Origin: a virus
Taxonomy: Duplodnaviria > Caudoviricetes
IMG/VR virus record: IMGVR_UViG_3300020439_001829
Span: 1-55,883 of that record
DNA length: 55,883 bases
Direction: 5' to 3' (one strand)
The notes beneath the pieces were generated by a model. That model saw only the letters and a program-made list of their open reading frames with translations, was not told where the DNA came from and did not search any database. Position 1 is the first letter of the stretch. Each line of letters begins with the position of its first letter. Both the position numbers and the translations under genes were made by a program. Below are positions 10,767-20,513 of this stretch, in pieces.

Positions 10767-12200
10767 TTATCCCTTATAAATGTTGAATTTTTTTCTTGGT
10801 TCAAACTTTTCAAATGCAGTTTCCATATGTTCATAGAATAACCTACACATATTTTTTGCACTCATATTTGAATCTGTACTCTTTACGAAATAGTGTCCTT
10901 TGATACCACACTTTCTTCTTTCATCTTTACCCATCTCATACCACTCTTTTAATTTATCTGCGGCATCTTCCCAATCACATCTGTCATCGAAAATATATGG
11001 TGTTGGAACTGAACCCATTAAAGAACGAGTCTTAGGCCAAACTGGTTTCACCCATTCACCCCAAGTTAGTTCTTCATTGTGTTCCCAATTTTTCCAATTA
11101 TGTAGTGATTTAATCGCACCATAATCTCTGTAGGTTAATAGTTTATCTCTTACTTTAAATCCACATTGGTCTTGCATACCACCTGTAACATTAACGATGA
11201 TTGGTGTTCCTGCCATCAATGATTCACAAGTTCCTAATCCAAATCCCTCATTACTTGCAAGATTCATAGTTACATCTGCAATGTTATATAGGTAATTCAT
11301 TTGTTTGGCTTCTAACTTCTGTTGTGAGAATACTACATTGACCTCTGGCATTAAGTGTTCAATTAGTTTAGGTAAATCTGTTCCGTTTTGGTCTACGGGT
11401 TGAGTGTGCATTACATAAGTAACTCTACTTCTTTTCTCTGGTGGTAATTGATTTACAAAGTGTTGAAATGCCAACAATGAATCACCAACCATTTTTCTTC
11501 TGATATTTCTGTTCACATATAGTAAAACAAAATCATTAGGTCTGTTACCAATTACTTGATTCTTAAATTTTCTCATTTCCAATAACTCTTCTTTTTCTGT
11601 TATTGGATAAAAATCTTTTTCATTAATACCATGTGGTACATATGTTGAATCCCATTCTGTTCTTGGTTTATTTGTACACACATCTTGTACAATTGCATGA
11701 GTTTGTTTTGAAATATTCATAATCAAATCACAACTCTCATAAAAGAATTCATTATACTTTGGTGCAGGCCAATCATCCCAAATATTATAATAGAAGATAG
11801 GAATCTCTTGTCTTAACTCATGTTCCATGTGATATAACCATCCCCAAAATCTTGGGTCTGTATAGTGTAGAATTGCATCTATATTTTCAATTCTCATAAC
11901 TTCTCTTAGTAAATCTGGATTACCATATCCACTCGTAGGATAGATTTTTAAATATGCATCAGTTACACCAGTCTCTTCAATCATGGTTTGATTCATATCT
12001 ATTGCCTTACCCTCTTCAGGATGTTTGATAGCACCAGCGATTTGTACCCAATCGTACTTATCGATAGTTCCCATTACGATTTCTTTTGACATCGTACCAA
12101 CACCAGATGACATTCTTAAATCATCTGATAATAGTAATATTTTTTTCTTCTTCGGTCTTGTTGAATCAACTGACTGTAACTTTGGTAATTTCATTGCCAT
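10767..12200 (-). CDS. Glycosyltransferase family 4 (GT-B)
   Basis: SSGVGT, VPHGI, NRNIRRK and SNEGFGLGTCESL motifs. Confidence 0.85.
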   Translation of the reverse strand: MAMKLPKLQSVDSTRPKKKKILLLSDDLRMSSGVGTMSKEIVMGTIDKYDWVQIAGAIKHPEEGKAIDMNQTMIEETGVTDAYLKIYPTSGYGNPDLLREVMRIENIDAILHYTDPRFWGWLYHMEHELRQEIPIFYYNIWDDWPAPKYNEFFYESCDLIMNISKQTHAIVQDVCTNKPRTEWDSTYVPHGINEKDFYPITEKEELLEMRKFKNQVIGNRPNDFVLLYVNRNIRRKMVGDSLLAFQHFVNQLPPEKRSRVTYVMHTQPVDQNGTDLPKLIEHLMPEVNVVFSQQKLEAKQMNYLYNIADVTMNLASNEGFGLGTCESLMAGTPIIVNVTGGMQDQCGFKVRDKLLTYRDYGAIKSLHNWKNWEHNEELTWGEWVKPVWPKTRSLMGSVPTPYIFDDRCDWEDAADKLKEWYEMGKDERRKCGIKGHYFVKSTDSNMSAKNMCRLFYEHMETAFEKFEPRKKFNIYKG

Positions 12201-12220
12201 TATAACCCTTATCGTTTATA

Positions 12221-12415
12221 TTAAAATTTACTTCCACTCTGATGAAGATTTTGGTGTTCTAATATTTCTTTCCGAAACTCCTCATCATGTACGAATCTAT
12301 CAAGTGTCCTATTCACTAATTTTTGTAGTGAGAACTCATTCTCGATGGTCTCGTTTTTAAATTTATTATATAACTCCGATATAACCTTGACCGAAGTTAA
12401 TTTAACTTCATTCAT
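12221..12415 (-). CDS. Small protein, possibly ribbon-helix-helix DNA-binding
   Basis: LTSVKV strand followed by helices (FSLQKLVNRTLD); GGAG RBS; first gene of the GT cluster. Confidence 0.45.
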   Translation of the reverse strand: MNEVKLTSVKVISELYNKFKNETIENEFSLQKLVNRTLDRFVHDEEFRKEILEHQNLHQSGSKF

Positions 12416-12460
12416 ATTCTAACTCCATATTGTATATATGTATATATAATAAGTATATAC

Positions 12461-12871
12461 TTAGTCGAAAATAATCGATTTTTTATTTATTTTTTCTGCA
12501 TATCTTAATGCAGATAAAGTTCCATTTGTTATTCGGTTTGAATCTGTAACAAATGCAACCACCTTATCACTATATTCGATTAAATCTTTGTTTCTTCTAT
12601 GATAATGTCCTACATTATATGGTTTACCATATCTAAATGATTCTTTTACACAATGTATATTATGTGGTTCATGGTATGCAGGAAACTCTGAATACCTTAT
12701 ATCAAACTCAAGTGAATATTGTTTTGCATATTTATCAGAACCTTGTTTTGCACCACCACTTACTATTTCTAATTCATCTCCAAGTTCTTCTTTGAGTTTA
12801 AAAACAAACTCTTTTATTTTTCTTTTGTTTGTATAACCTCTACTACCTATAATCGCTATCTTCGCCATCAT
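12461..12871 (-). CDS. SLOG/DprA-YspA family protein
   Basis: IAIIGSR, IVSGGAKQGSD, RRN and NGT motifs. Confidence 0.75.
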   Translation of the reverse strand: MMAKIAIIGSRGYTNKRKIKEFVFKLKEELGDELEIVSGGAKQGSDKYAKQYSLEFDIRYSEFPAYHEPHNIHCVKESFRYGKPYNVGHYHRRNKDLIEYSDKVVAFVTDSNRITNGTLSALRYAEKINKKSIIFD

Positions 12872-13286
12872 TCCTCTTTTGTTTTTTGACTGGTAATTGT
12901 TCACGATTAATAAAATCCCAAATACTTTTTGCCTCTTCTAATCCTTTGAGTATACCCTCTCTTGTACCATATCTCCATTGATACCTCCAATATGATACCA
13001 TATTACCCTCATATAAATGTAATAAACTCTTTGGTATAAAATCCCATGTTGTAAAATCTCTTGAGTTATCAAAAAAATAAGGTCTTATCGTTGTAGAAAA
13101 ATTTGAGTGTTCTGTAGATTGCCAATCATCTGTAAATTTTTTAACTTCTTTGGTTGATAACTCACCCTCACTATACCAAAAATAAATTTTAGATGGATTC
13201 ATGACATTAAGTTTTTGACTAATTTCTTCTATCTTATCTAACTTAATGATATCAGGTAAATAAAATTTATATGTTTGTCTTATCAT
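12843..13286 (-). CDS. Hypothetical protein
   Basis: 147-aa ORF coupled to its neighbours. Confidence 0.5.
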   Translation of the reverse strand: MIRQTYKFYLPDIIKLDKIEEISQKLNVMNPSKIYFWYSEGELSTKEVKKFTDDWQSTEHSNFSTTIRPYFFDNSRDFTTWDFIPKSLLHLYEGNMVSYWRYQWRYGTREGILKGLEEAKSIWDFINREQLPVKKQKRNDGEDSDYR

Positions 13287-14149
13287 GTTTGTATCCTATC
13301 ACATAGTTCTGGTTTATCTTTGAACTCACAATATCTACAATTTTTTGTTGATACATTTTTGAAATAATCTTTTTGTATCAACTGACCAGTATCATCAAAA
13401 CAATCAGTTATAAACTCATCTAATCTATTCATAACTTTATTCAAACTTGGTTTACCACTCGCAGGTGAAAACACTTGTAACCTTTTTTGTGGATATTGTA
13501 TATTCTCATACAATTTTCTCTTCAATATTAAATATTCAATATCTATTTTATCCTCTGGAATATCTCTCTGTTTTGAGAAGAATTTTTTATATAATAGTAA
13601 CTGATTAGTTTTGTTTTTATCTGCCTTCTGCCACTTGTTCCAACCCATTGTGGAAGTTTTAATATCTATGATTCTTATTCTACCTGTCTTTTTATTATGA
13701 ATAACAACATCCATAAATCCAACAAACTTCATCTCTTTAGGTAAATTAAAATCTATATCTAATTCAATACCTAATAATTCATGGTCTTTCTTTGGAAAGT
13801 AACTTCTCTTTCTTTTCAAGAATTCATTGATGATATTCAATCCATCATTATAAAATTCTTTCATTTCTTCAAGTGTTACATCGATAGGTTCTTCTGAGTT
13901 TTCTTTGGTTTGTTTGTAGTTCTCTTCCATTCTGTATTGAAGAATATCACCTAATGGTAATGAATCTGCAATTGCAACTGTCTTCTCGTAGTATGCAACT
14001 AAGTATGCCTGAATGGTTTCGTGTAATGCAGAACCAAAGATAGTATAAATGTTACCTCTGAATGTACCAAGTTTATCAAGGTAATTCAACTTCCACATTT
14101 GTGGGCATTTATCCCATTGTGAGAATTGACTGTAACTTATTTTGCCCAT
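13283..14149 (-). CDS. PD-(D/E)XK exonuclease (RecB/Cas4-like)
   Basis: ISYS...CP, GSALHE, GFMD, IIDIKT, QLLLY and CRYCEF...C motifs. Confidence 0.85.
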   Translation of the reverse strand: MGKISYSQFSQWDKCPQMWKLNYLDKLGTFRGNIYTIFGSALHETIQAYLVAYYEKTVAIADSLPLGDILQYRMEENYKQTKENSEEPIDVTLEEMKEFYNDGLNIINEFLKRKRSYFPKKDHELLGIELDIDFNLPKEMKFVGFMDVVIHNKKTGRIRIIDIKTSTMGWNKWQKADKNKTNQLLLYKKFFSKQRDIPEDKIDIEYLILKRKLYENIQYPQKRLQVFSPASGKPSLNKVMNRLDEFITDCFDDTGQLIQKDYFKNVSTKNCRYCEFKDKPELCDRIQT

Positions 14150-14544
14150 TTACCTCTCGCAACCACTTGTGCCATCACTCCGTAGTTTGAGATATCTGAA
14201 TAACTATCTACCAAACCTTCATTCTCTAAAGAACCATCATCACCTCTCATAATCAAAGTTTTGATTCTCTCTACTTTATCATTAATCCTAAACCAAATAC
14301 CCATCAAGGATAATCGTTTCTCTTCATCATTTTTTAGTTCCTGCCCTACTGCAATATTCTGTGGCCCATAATCATGTTGTTTGTGTAGGAATAATTCATA
14401 TTGTTCTCTTTGAATCTTCTTGAACTCTTCCGTCATTTGTGGATATTGTTCTTCCATATATTCAACAACATCTACAACATCAACTGATTCTTTATGTGCA
14501 TCTTCCATACTGAATGTAGGACTATCTTTTATAACCTCTTGCAT
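14137..14544 (-). CDS. DUF1599 / nucleotide-modification-associated domain protein
   Basis: KQHDYG, RINDKVER and DSYSDISNYG motifs; GGAG upstream of ATG 14544. Confidence 0.7.
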   Translation of the reverse strand: MQEVIKDSPTFSMEDAHKESVDVVDVVEYMEEQYPQMTEEFKKIQREQYELFLHKQHDYGPQNIAVGQELKNDEEKRLSLMGIWFRINDKVERIKTLIMRGDDGSLENEGLVDSYSDISNYGVMAQVVARGKWAK

Positions 14545-14569
14545 ATTTTTCTCCAATTTGATATGTTAG

Positions 14570-14599
14570 AATATAAGGCCAAAACCCTATATAAGTCAA
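14570..14599 (-). promoter_or_regulatory. Sigma70-like promoter
   Basis: TTGACT-N18-TATATT with an upstream A-tract; near-identical to the site at 42123-42152. Confidence 0.65.
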
Positions 14600-14607
14600 G
14601 TATTTTT

Positions 14608-15162
14608 TTATTTAATTTTATCGACAATACCATATTCAATACATTTCTCTGCACTTAAATATGTATCATTTCGTTGAGTTAGTTCCCAAAACCTTTCATC
14701 TTTTTCAGTAACTTCTGCCATGATTTTATTGATTTCTTTTTGTAACTCTTTTAGATGGTCAACACCTTTCATAACATCTGTAGTTTTACCTGCCTCAAAT
14801 GCTGAACCCTCGTGAACCATTACAGTTCCATGTGGTGAAATACTTCTCTCACCTGTACCACATGCCAACAATACTGAAGCAGCACTCATACAAGTTCCAA
14901 TACAATGTGTGTTTACTTTTACATCTAATCCTCTGATATAATCCACTAATCCTAACATTGCATACACATCACCACCATATGAAGCAATATTCAAATTGAT
15001 TGTTGTGTTTGGATTTGTTCTCTGTAAGTAATCCATTTTTACTATCGTAGAATACAGTGAATCTATATCAAATTCATAATTCATGTAAGTGGTATTTGTT
15101 AAAGAGTTCACACCCCACTCCATCTCTTTCATAAAAAATTGTTCTTCTTTTCTATAACTCAT
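14608..15162 (-). CDS. clpP: ClpP-like serine protease
   Basis: IASYGGDV, CMSAAS (catalytic Ser), MVHEG and YGIVD motifs. Confidence 0.85.
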   Translation of the reverse strand: MSYRKEEQFFMKEMEWGVNSLTNTTYMNYEFDIDSLYSTIVKMDYLQRTNPNTTINLNIASYGGDVYAMLGLVDYIRGLDVKVNTHCIGTCMSAASVLLACGTGERSISPHGTVMVHEGSAFEAGKTTDVMKGVDHLKELQKEINKIMAEVTEKDERFWELTQRNDTYLSAEKCIEYGIVDKIK

Positions 15163-15590
15163 TACTTACTCCATATTTTTTTTAATTGTTTATCTTCTAC
15201 CCCATATTTCATTATGATGGCAGTTACTTGTTCTTTAGTTAATAACTCTAAATGGTCTTCAACTTCTCTCGTACTACACTCAAAATAATCTGTTAAGTGT
15301 TCCATTGCCCATTTCTCAACTTTTGATTTCTTCTTCGATTTAACATACCGAAGAAATGTTCTACCTCTTGGAATTATATCGATATAAAACTGATATACAT
15401 TTTTAGGAGCCAACTCCCAATACTTTTGTATCTCATTCACAACTTGAATCCATTCTGATTTCATACTAAGAAAACGATGAACCATGTAATTACTCCATGT
15501 CTTTTTATCACCCTCTTCAAGTGAATCCCAATACAATGTATTTTGTACATTTGTTATTTGTTTTATGTGGTCGAATAAACTCTTAGACAT
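15162..15590 (-). CDS. Clamp loader small subunit (T4 gp62-like)
   Basis: SLFDHIKQI, YMVHRFLSM and YFECSTREV motifs. Confidence 0.7.
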   Translation of the reverse strand: MSKSLFDHIKQITNVQNTLYWDSLEEGDKKTWSNYMVHRFLSMKSEWIQVVNEIQKYWELAPKNVYQFYIDIIPRGRTFLRYVKSKKKSKVEKWAMEHLTDYFECSTREVEDHLELLTKEQVTAIIMKYGVEDKQLKKIWSK

Positions 15591-15614
15591 TTTAGAACCT
15601 TTAATATAAATAGG

Positions 15615-16223
15615 TTAGCAATCTCTGAAACCATCAAGAAATTTTTCTAACCATTCATTTTTTTTACAATCAATCGATAAGGTAATTCTATCTTCATCAC
15701 CCTCATTAAACATACTATGGTTTAACCTTACATTAAATGTATGTATGTGTGCAGGTGCCATTCTAAAGTTTTTAAATCGTGGTTTAAATTTTTTATTAAA
15801 GGTGTAAAGTGTATGAGAATTTTCTTCTGTATATTCCTCTTCCATTTCACAATCAGTTACCCCAAACCAACAACTCTCATTTGTTTTTATTGGTATCTGA
15901 AACCTAACTATATCATCACCCATATCTCTGTCATTATGAATACCATATGATGTTCCTGCCTTTCTTCTCAACAATCTAAATGATGTTACCTCTGTTTTGA
16001 AACTATCGTATATCTCTTTGAAATAAGGTGTTTTACTTATTATACCAGTGTATGGTAGATTATTATAATGGTCATTACCACTTTCAGGTAATGATATTGC
16101 ATGTCCAAATGCACCATCCTCATACTTACCATAAGTTTCTGCCATAAACAAATCGTTTTTTAATCTTATTAAATCGTACTCTGGCCCGATTTTCCAACCA
16201 GTACTCCATGCATGTCTACTCAT
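15615..16223 (-). CDS. Aspartyl/asparaginyl beta-hydroxylase-like 2OG-Fe(II) oxygenase
   Basis: HxD (HND), RFQIPIKTN and HSMFNEGDEDRITLSID motifs. Confidence 0.75.
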   Translation of the reverse strand: MSRHAWSTGWKIGPEYDLIRLKNDLFMAETYGKYEDGAFGHAISLPESGNDHYNNLPYTGIISKTPYFKEIYDSFKTEVTSFRLLRRKAGTSYGIHNDRDMGDDIVRFQIPIKTNESCWFGVTDCEMEEEYTEENSHTLYTFNKKFKPRFKNFRMAPAHIHTFNVRLNHSMFNEGDEDRITLSIDCKKNEWLEKFLDGFRDC

Positions 16224-16692
16224 CTTCTTTCCTACTTAAAATATCTATTATATCCTCATACCACAAAATTCTGTGATTAGGATGTTTCTTTACCAGCTCA
16301 GTCATTAAATCATTTGCCTCTTTGATTTCTCTTATAGATAATTTACTTACACCATGATTCCAAATACGAGCATCCTCTTTCTCAAGTATTGTATTTAATA
16401 ACTTACCATATGAATTTGCTTGTGCAGTTACATCTCTTCTTTTTAACAAGAATACCATATCTGCGTAATCTAAAATTTCATTTAAATAATCTTTACTCTT
16501 TACATAATCACACTTCATACTTTTCCATTTAGATTTTTCCATAAACTTTTCAAATCCCATTGAATCAATAGTGTTCTTATGTTTTTTAAAATTAGGTTCA
16601 TTCCAAAACTCTTGACCTGTAATTTGTTCTAAGGTTTTTTTAAAGTTAGTGGAACCAACTCTCCAATGTGATAATATTACTATGTTAGGCAT
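16216..16692 (-). CDS. Sulfotransferase-like (Stf0-type)
   Basis: ILSHWRVGST (PAPS-binding loop), NEP, LLKRRD and WYED motifs. Confidence 0.65.
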   Translation of the reverse strand: MPNIVILSHWRVGSTNFKKTLEQITGQEFWNEPNFKKHKNTIDSMGFEKFMEKSKWKSMKCDYVKSKDYLNEILDYADMVFLLKRRDVTAQANSYGKLLNTILEKEDARIWNHGVSKLSIREIKEANDLMTELVKKHPNHRILWYEDIIDILSRKEDE

Positions 16693-17249
16693 TTCATCTC
16701 CTTACATTGAAAACACTCACCACAAATTTCACTCTCTCTACACCACCAAACTTTTTCTTGTATTTCTTTTCCTAATAAATTCCAACACTCTTCTTTGGTG
16801 AATTTTTTCAATGGTGTTGTTAATTTTATTTGATGGTCTGTATAAACATCGTTTTCATTACAGGCATCAATCATTGTATATAAAGTTTTTAAATTTTTTG
16901 GTGAATCTTCATCAAATGAATCTGTTTTAGTAAACCCAACTGCAACTTCATCATATTCCTTTTGATAGGCAATTCTCATACCATCAACCAAACATATAAA
17001 TACATCACCAAGTACACTTGCATACTGAACTGAATTTGTAAACTTAAATGATTTTATTTTTTGTAATATTGGTTCAATACTTGTTACTGCCTCTTCCTGT
17101 CTTTTATTTAAATCTCCACGATTTAACAACTTTAAATAATGAGCATGAACCTCACAATTTGTTTGTTCTAAATGCCATTTTAAAAGTGCAGTAGAATCAA
17201 CTCCACCACTCCATAATATTAATACTTTATACAAAACAATCTCCCTCAA
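16680..17249 (-). CDS. QueC-like PP-loop ATPase
   Basis: WSGGVDST PP-loop and C-terminal WCR...CGECFQC zinc site. Confidence 0.75.
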   Translation of the reverse strand: MREIVLYKVLILWSGGVDSTALLKWHLEQTNCEVHAHYLKLLNRGDLNKRQEEAVTSIEPILQKIKSFKFTNSVQYASVLGDVFICLVDGMRIAYQKEYDEVAVGFTKTDSFDEDSPKNLKTLYTMIDACNENDVYTDHQIKLTTPLKKFTKEECWNLLGKEIQEKVWWCRESEICGECFQCKEMKCLT

Positions 17250-17769
17250 CTACAACAATTACAGTGTATCTATCAGATTTAGTAAATTGTTGAACATGAT
17301 GTGCAGCGAATGCAGGAAATAAAACAAGTCTACCCTTTTTAGATGGGATGGTATCCCTAAATATTGTTAATCCACCACCCTCATAATCATCGTTTAAAAA
17401 TATTATACCAGTTACTTTATGTGTAGTATCTGTAGTGTCAAAATCTGAATGAAAAATAGTACCTGATTCAAACTTATCTACATTATAATATAATCCTTTT
17501 ATGTATCTAACTCCATCTAATTTAAATTTCCAATATAAAGTATTTGCCAATTTAGTAGAAACCCAAGCTCTTTCTTCAATTTCTTTATCTGGTATAACAC
17601 ACTTTTTATTATCATAACTTTCTCCATGAAAATCATAAAATTCATTACCATCAAATCTTTTGTCTACACCATTTTCATCGATATACTTCATCATATCATC
17701 ACATTCTTTTTCCGATAAAAAATTATCTTTAACTACACTCCATCTAAAATTTGGATTTGGTTTAGACAA
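17227..17769 (-). CDS. 2OG-Fe(II) oxygenase
   Basis: HSD, LNDDYEGG, FPAF..HHV and R motifs. Confidence 0.85.
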   Translation of the reverse strand: MSKPNPNFRWSVVKDNFLSEKECDDMMKYIDENGVDKRFDGNEFYDFHGESYDNKKCVIPDKEIEERAWVSTKLANTLYWKFKLDGVRYIKGLYYNVDKFESGTIFHSDFDTTDTTHKVTGIIFLNDDYEGGGLTIFRDTIPSKKGRLVLFPAFAAHHVQQFTKSDRYTVIVVVEGDCFV

Positions 17770-18367
17770 AATTATCTCCTATATAAAACTCTTGTATTGA
17801 ATATCGTGGACCTCTTTGTACATGAGAAACTCTATGCGATAGAAATGATGGAAAAATAGTGATGGTTCCTTTTTTCTTTGGTACTGTTATCCATTTTTCA
17901 TTTTTATCTTTCATACCAAATTGTAAATCACCACCCAAATAATCATCGTTCAACATAATAATACCTGTAAGTTTTCTTGAATATAAATCTTCACCATCAG
18001 TATGGTTCGTATCTATGTGCCAAGTATAATGGTCACTGGTATCATATTGTATATATTTTAATTCACCCTCTGGTTTATCAATATGAAATTGAAATGATTT
18101 TTCATTAACAATTTTAACCATAGTGTACATCTTATCTTGTAACCAACTCCAATCTAATTTTGGATTACTTCTATAATCACCTGGTTGTTCTAACAAATAA
18201 CTTTCTTTTGTTTTTCTGATTGAATCAATCATATGATTATCTTTATCTTCTGCTGAATCATCAACCACACAACCACCAACAATATTTTCAAAAGCGTTCA
18301 CTTCATTAATAATACCTAAACATTGTCCCTCATCTAATAGTGGTATTTGAACATATAAATTTTTCAT
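17762..18367 (-). CDS. 2OG-Fe(II) oxygenase
   Basis: WHID, RKLT, DYLGG and FPSFLSHRV...RYS motifs. Confidence 0.85.
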   Translation of the reverse strand: MKNLYVQIPLLDEGQCLGIINEVNAFENIVGGCVVDDSAEDKDNHMIDSIRKTKESYLLEQPGDYRSNPKLDWSWLQDKMYTMVKIVNEKSFQFHIDKPEGELKYIQYDTSDHYTWHIDTNHTDGEDLYSRKLTGIIMLNDDYLGGDLQFGMKDKNEKWITVPKKKGTITIFPSFLSHRVSHVQRGPRYSIQEFYIGDNFV

Positions 18368-18960
18368 CGAAAAGTATTACCCTCCAACCAAGTTATAATT
18401 GAATATCGTTTACCTTTGGTTAATGGTGCAACTCTATGTGATAAGAATGATGGAAATACTAATAAACAACCTTTATCTCTATTACCTTTAAGTAACCCAC
18501 TACCCTCTGTATCAGTTAAACCAAACTCAAAATCTCCACCCTCATAATCATTACTATCTGATAACTGAATAATACCAGTAAGTTTTCTCATGGAACATTC
18601 ATGTCTACCATAATCGGTATGCCATTCATATCTACCACCAATTCCGTATTTCAAGAATCTAAGTTTATCTAAACCCTCTACATCGTAATTAAAATATTGT
18701 ATGTTTGCTATTTTTAAGGCAGATTCTATTTTGTTAAATAGTGCCTTGTCATCGAATGGTTTATTAATTCTATCAAAAATAATATCCTTGTTAAGTGTCT
18801 TCCTAACATTTTTATTAATAGTACCACCTTCATAATCACCTACTAATTCACCCTCTGTTAAATCTTCAGTGTCAAGTGATTTGATTATTTTATCACATTC
18901 TTCGTTACTTAGAAAGTTTTTTCGATATATAAGAAACTCAAACTTATCATTTTTTTTCAT
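18364..18960 (-). CDS. 2OG-Fe(II) oxygenase
   Basis: WHTD, RKLT, DYEGG and FPSFLSHRV...RYS motifs. Confidence 0.85.
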   Translation of the reverse strand: MKKNDKFEFLIYRKNFLSNEECDKIIKSLDTEDLTEGELVGDYEGGTINKNVRKTLNKDIIFDRINKPFDDKALFNKIESALKIANIQYFNYDVEGLDKLRFLKYGIGGRYEWHTDYGRHECSMRKLTGIIQLSDSNDYEGGDFEFGLTDTEGSGLLKGNRDKGCLLVFPSFLSHRVAPLTKGKRYSIITWLEGNTFR

Positions 18961-18968
18961 CTATCCTC

Positions 18969-20480
18969 TTAGTCTTTTCTTGGTAAATTATGAACCAATA
19001 TATCTGAACTGAAATATGTATCAATATCCTCTACATCTAATGAATAAAATGTGACAGGATTATCTACGAAAGTATCCTCTTTTGAAACAATTGTTATCTC
19101 ATTACCATCTTTATCAAATAACTTATCACCAGGTTGTAAATCCCAGCCAGGTCTGAAACGGTAATTATTACTACCAGAATCAAATACAAATGTTGATGCC
19201 AATTGATGTCTTTGATATTGTTGATTATTACTTCCACTAATTGTATAGTAGAAAGATGCTTCAGATTCATTTTTACCTACAACAACTGAACCACTAAAGA
19301 AACTACCATCTAAATCATCGGTATTCCAATTAGCAAAATTTAAATCTGTATTTGGCATTCCAATTGGTTGATATGATTTAACTACATCACCAACTTGAAT
19401 ATCTTGAATTTCTTTTGTAGAACCATCATACATACGAATTTCACTTCCACTTATTGAACTTGCACCTTGATATGAATGTAGTGGCCAAACAGCCCAACCA
19501 TCACTTCTATTGTCTGGTTCTATCAAATGTGATTTGTATGGATTATAAAAAGAAGCAAGTATTTGAGTATCTTCTGGTGTTAATAAAGTTATACACCTAC
19601 CCATACCGAGATATTTTTTACCACTACTCTCACTACCAGAACTAATTATAAATTTTTCGGATATCATACTTTTACCAGTTGCTGCAGAACCCTCTGAACC
19701 AGTAACATTTAACCAATTCCATACCATCGAACTTGATGGTTCTAAATCTGAACGATATGAATTTAAGAAAATACTACCACTCATCTTTACTGAAAATGAT
19801 GCATCAAATTGGGTTGTCTTACTAACATAATCTGGCCAATCACCAATTCCCTCACCTTGAGTTTTTGATGATGAAACATATACTGGGATTAAACTTGAAC
19901 TTACTGGTGAAGTATTTAAAAGTCTTCTAAATTCTCTTTTATCATATGAACTACTTGCGATTGAATATAAATTATCATTTACATTACCTGGTGAATCAAA
20001 AAATAAATGAAATGTATTAGCATGTTCATCCGTACCTCTCATATCCATGTATTGTCTTTCATTAATATCAGCAGTATTATTGAAAGAACAACTAATATTA
20101 TTTGCTGCAAAACTTGAAGATATATATGGTCTTTGAGTCATAGGTGGATTTTCACCAAATGGATGACGATTTGCATCTGAACCATATATCACCACATTAT
20201 CAAAACTTTGTGTTGCTGCATAATTTGATATATAAGTAAATAACTCTGGTTCTGTATCAGTTGTCTGTGCAGTAAATAAGTTAGTGTTATTTTCAAAGAA
20301 TTTTATTTCATCAGTACCATTCTCGATAGTAAAATCTATACCACCAATTATGGCTGCTCTACTTTTATTTGGCCAACCACCTGCACTACCTGTTATGTAA
20401 TTCCAAAATGATTTACTTCTTGATTCTACATCAGATTTTTGTTTATAGTTTTTAAATTGTTCTTTTGTAATTGTGGGCAT
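18969..20480 (-). CDS. Permuted ATP-grasp-like protein with C-terminal Hint (intein-like) domain
   Basis: N-terminal GIDF...IKFFENNTN. C-terminal ~158 aa (19460-18987) SSISGSEIRMYDGSTKEIQDIQVGDVV...YSLDVEDIDTYFSSDILVHN matches Hint blocks A, F and G. Confidence 0.7.
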   Translation of the reverse strand: MPTITKEQFKNYKQKSDVESRSKSFWNYITGSAGGWPNKSRAAIIGGIDFTIENGTDEIKFFENNTNLFTAQTTDTEPELFTYISNYAATQSFDNVVIYGSDANRHPFGENPPMTQRPYISSSFAANNISCSFNNTADINERQYMDMRGTDEHANTFHLFFDSPGNVNDNLYSIASSSYDKREFRRLLNTSPVSSSLIPVYVSSSKTQGEGIGDWPDYVSKTTQFDASFSVKMSGSIFLNSYRSDLEPSSSMVWNWLNVTGSEGSAATGKSMISEKFIISSGSESSGKKYLGMGRCITLLTPEDTQILASFYNPYKSHLIEPDNRSDGWAVWPLHSYQGASSISGSEIRMYDGSTKEIQDIQVGDVVKSYQPIGMPNTDLNFANWNTDDLDGSFFSGSVVVGKNESEASFYYTISGSNNQQYQRHQLASTFVFDSGSNNYRFRPGWDLQPGDKLFDKDGNEITIVSKEDTFVDNPVTFYSLDVEDIDTYFSSDILVHNLPRKD

Positions 20481-20513
20481 TTAAATCTCCATTTTATCAA
20501 TAATAAATATCAT

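Noticed and set aside
16680-17249. 7-deazaguanine DNA modification system
   Set aside because: Only a QueC-like gene is present; no dpdA, folE, queD or queE in the window.
18987-19460. Mobile intein
   Set aside because: No homing endonuclease, the +1 residue is Leu and only five residues follow, so it is treated as a non-splicing Hint domain.
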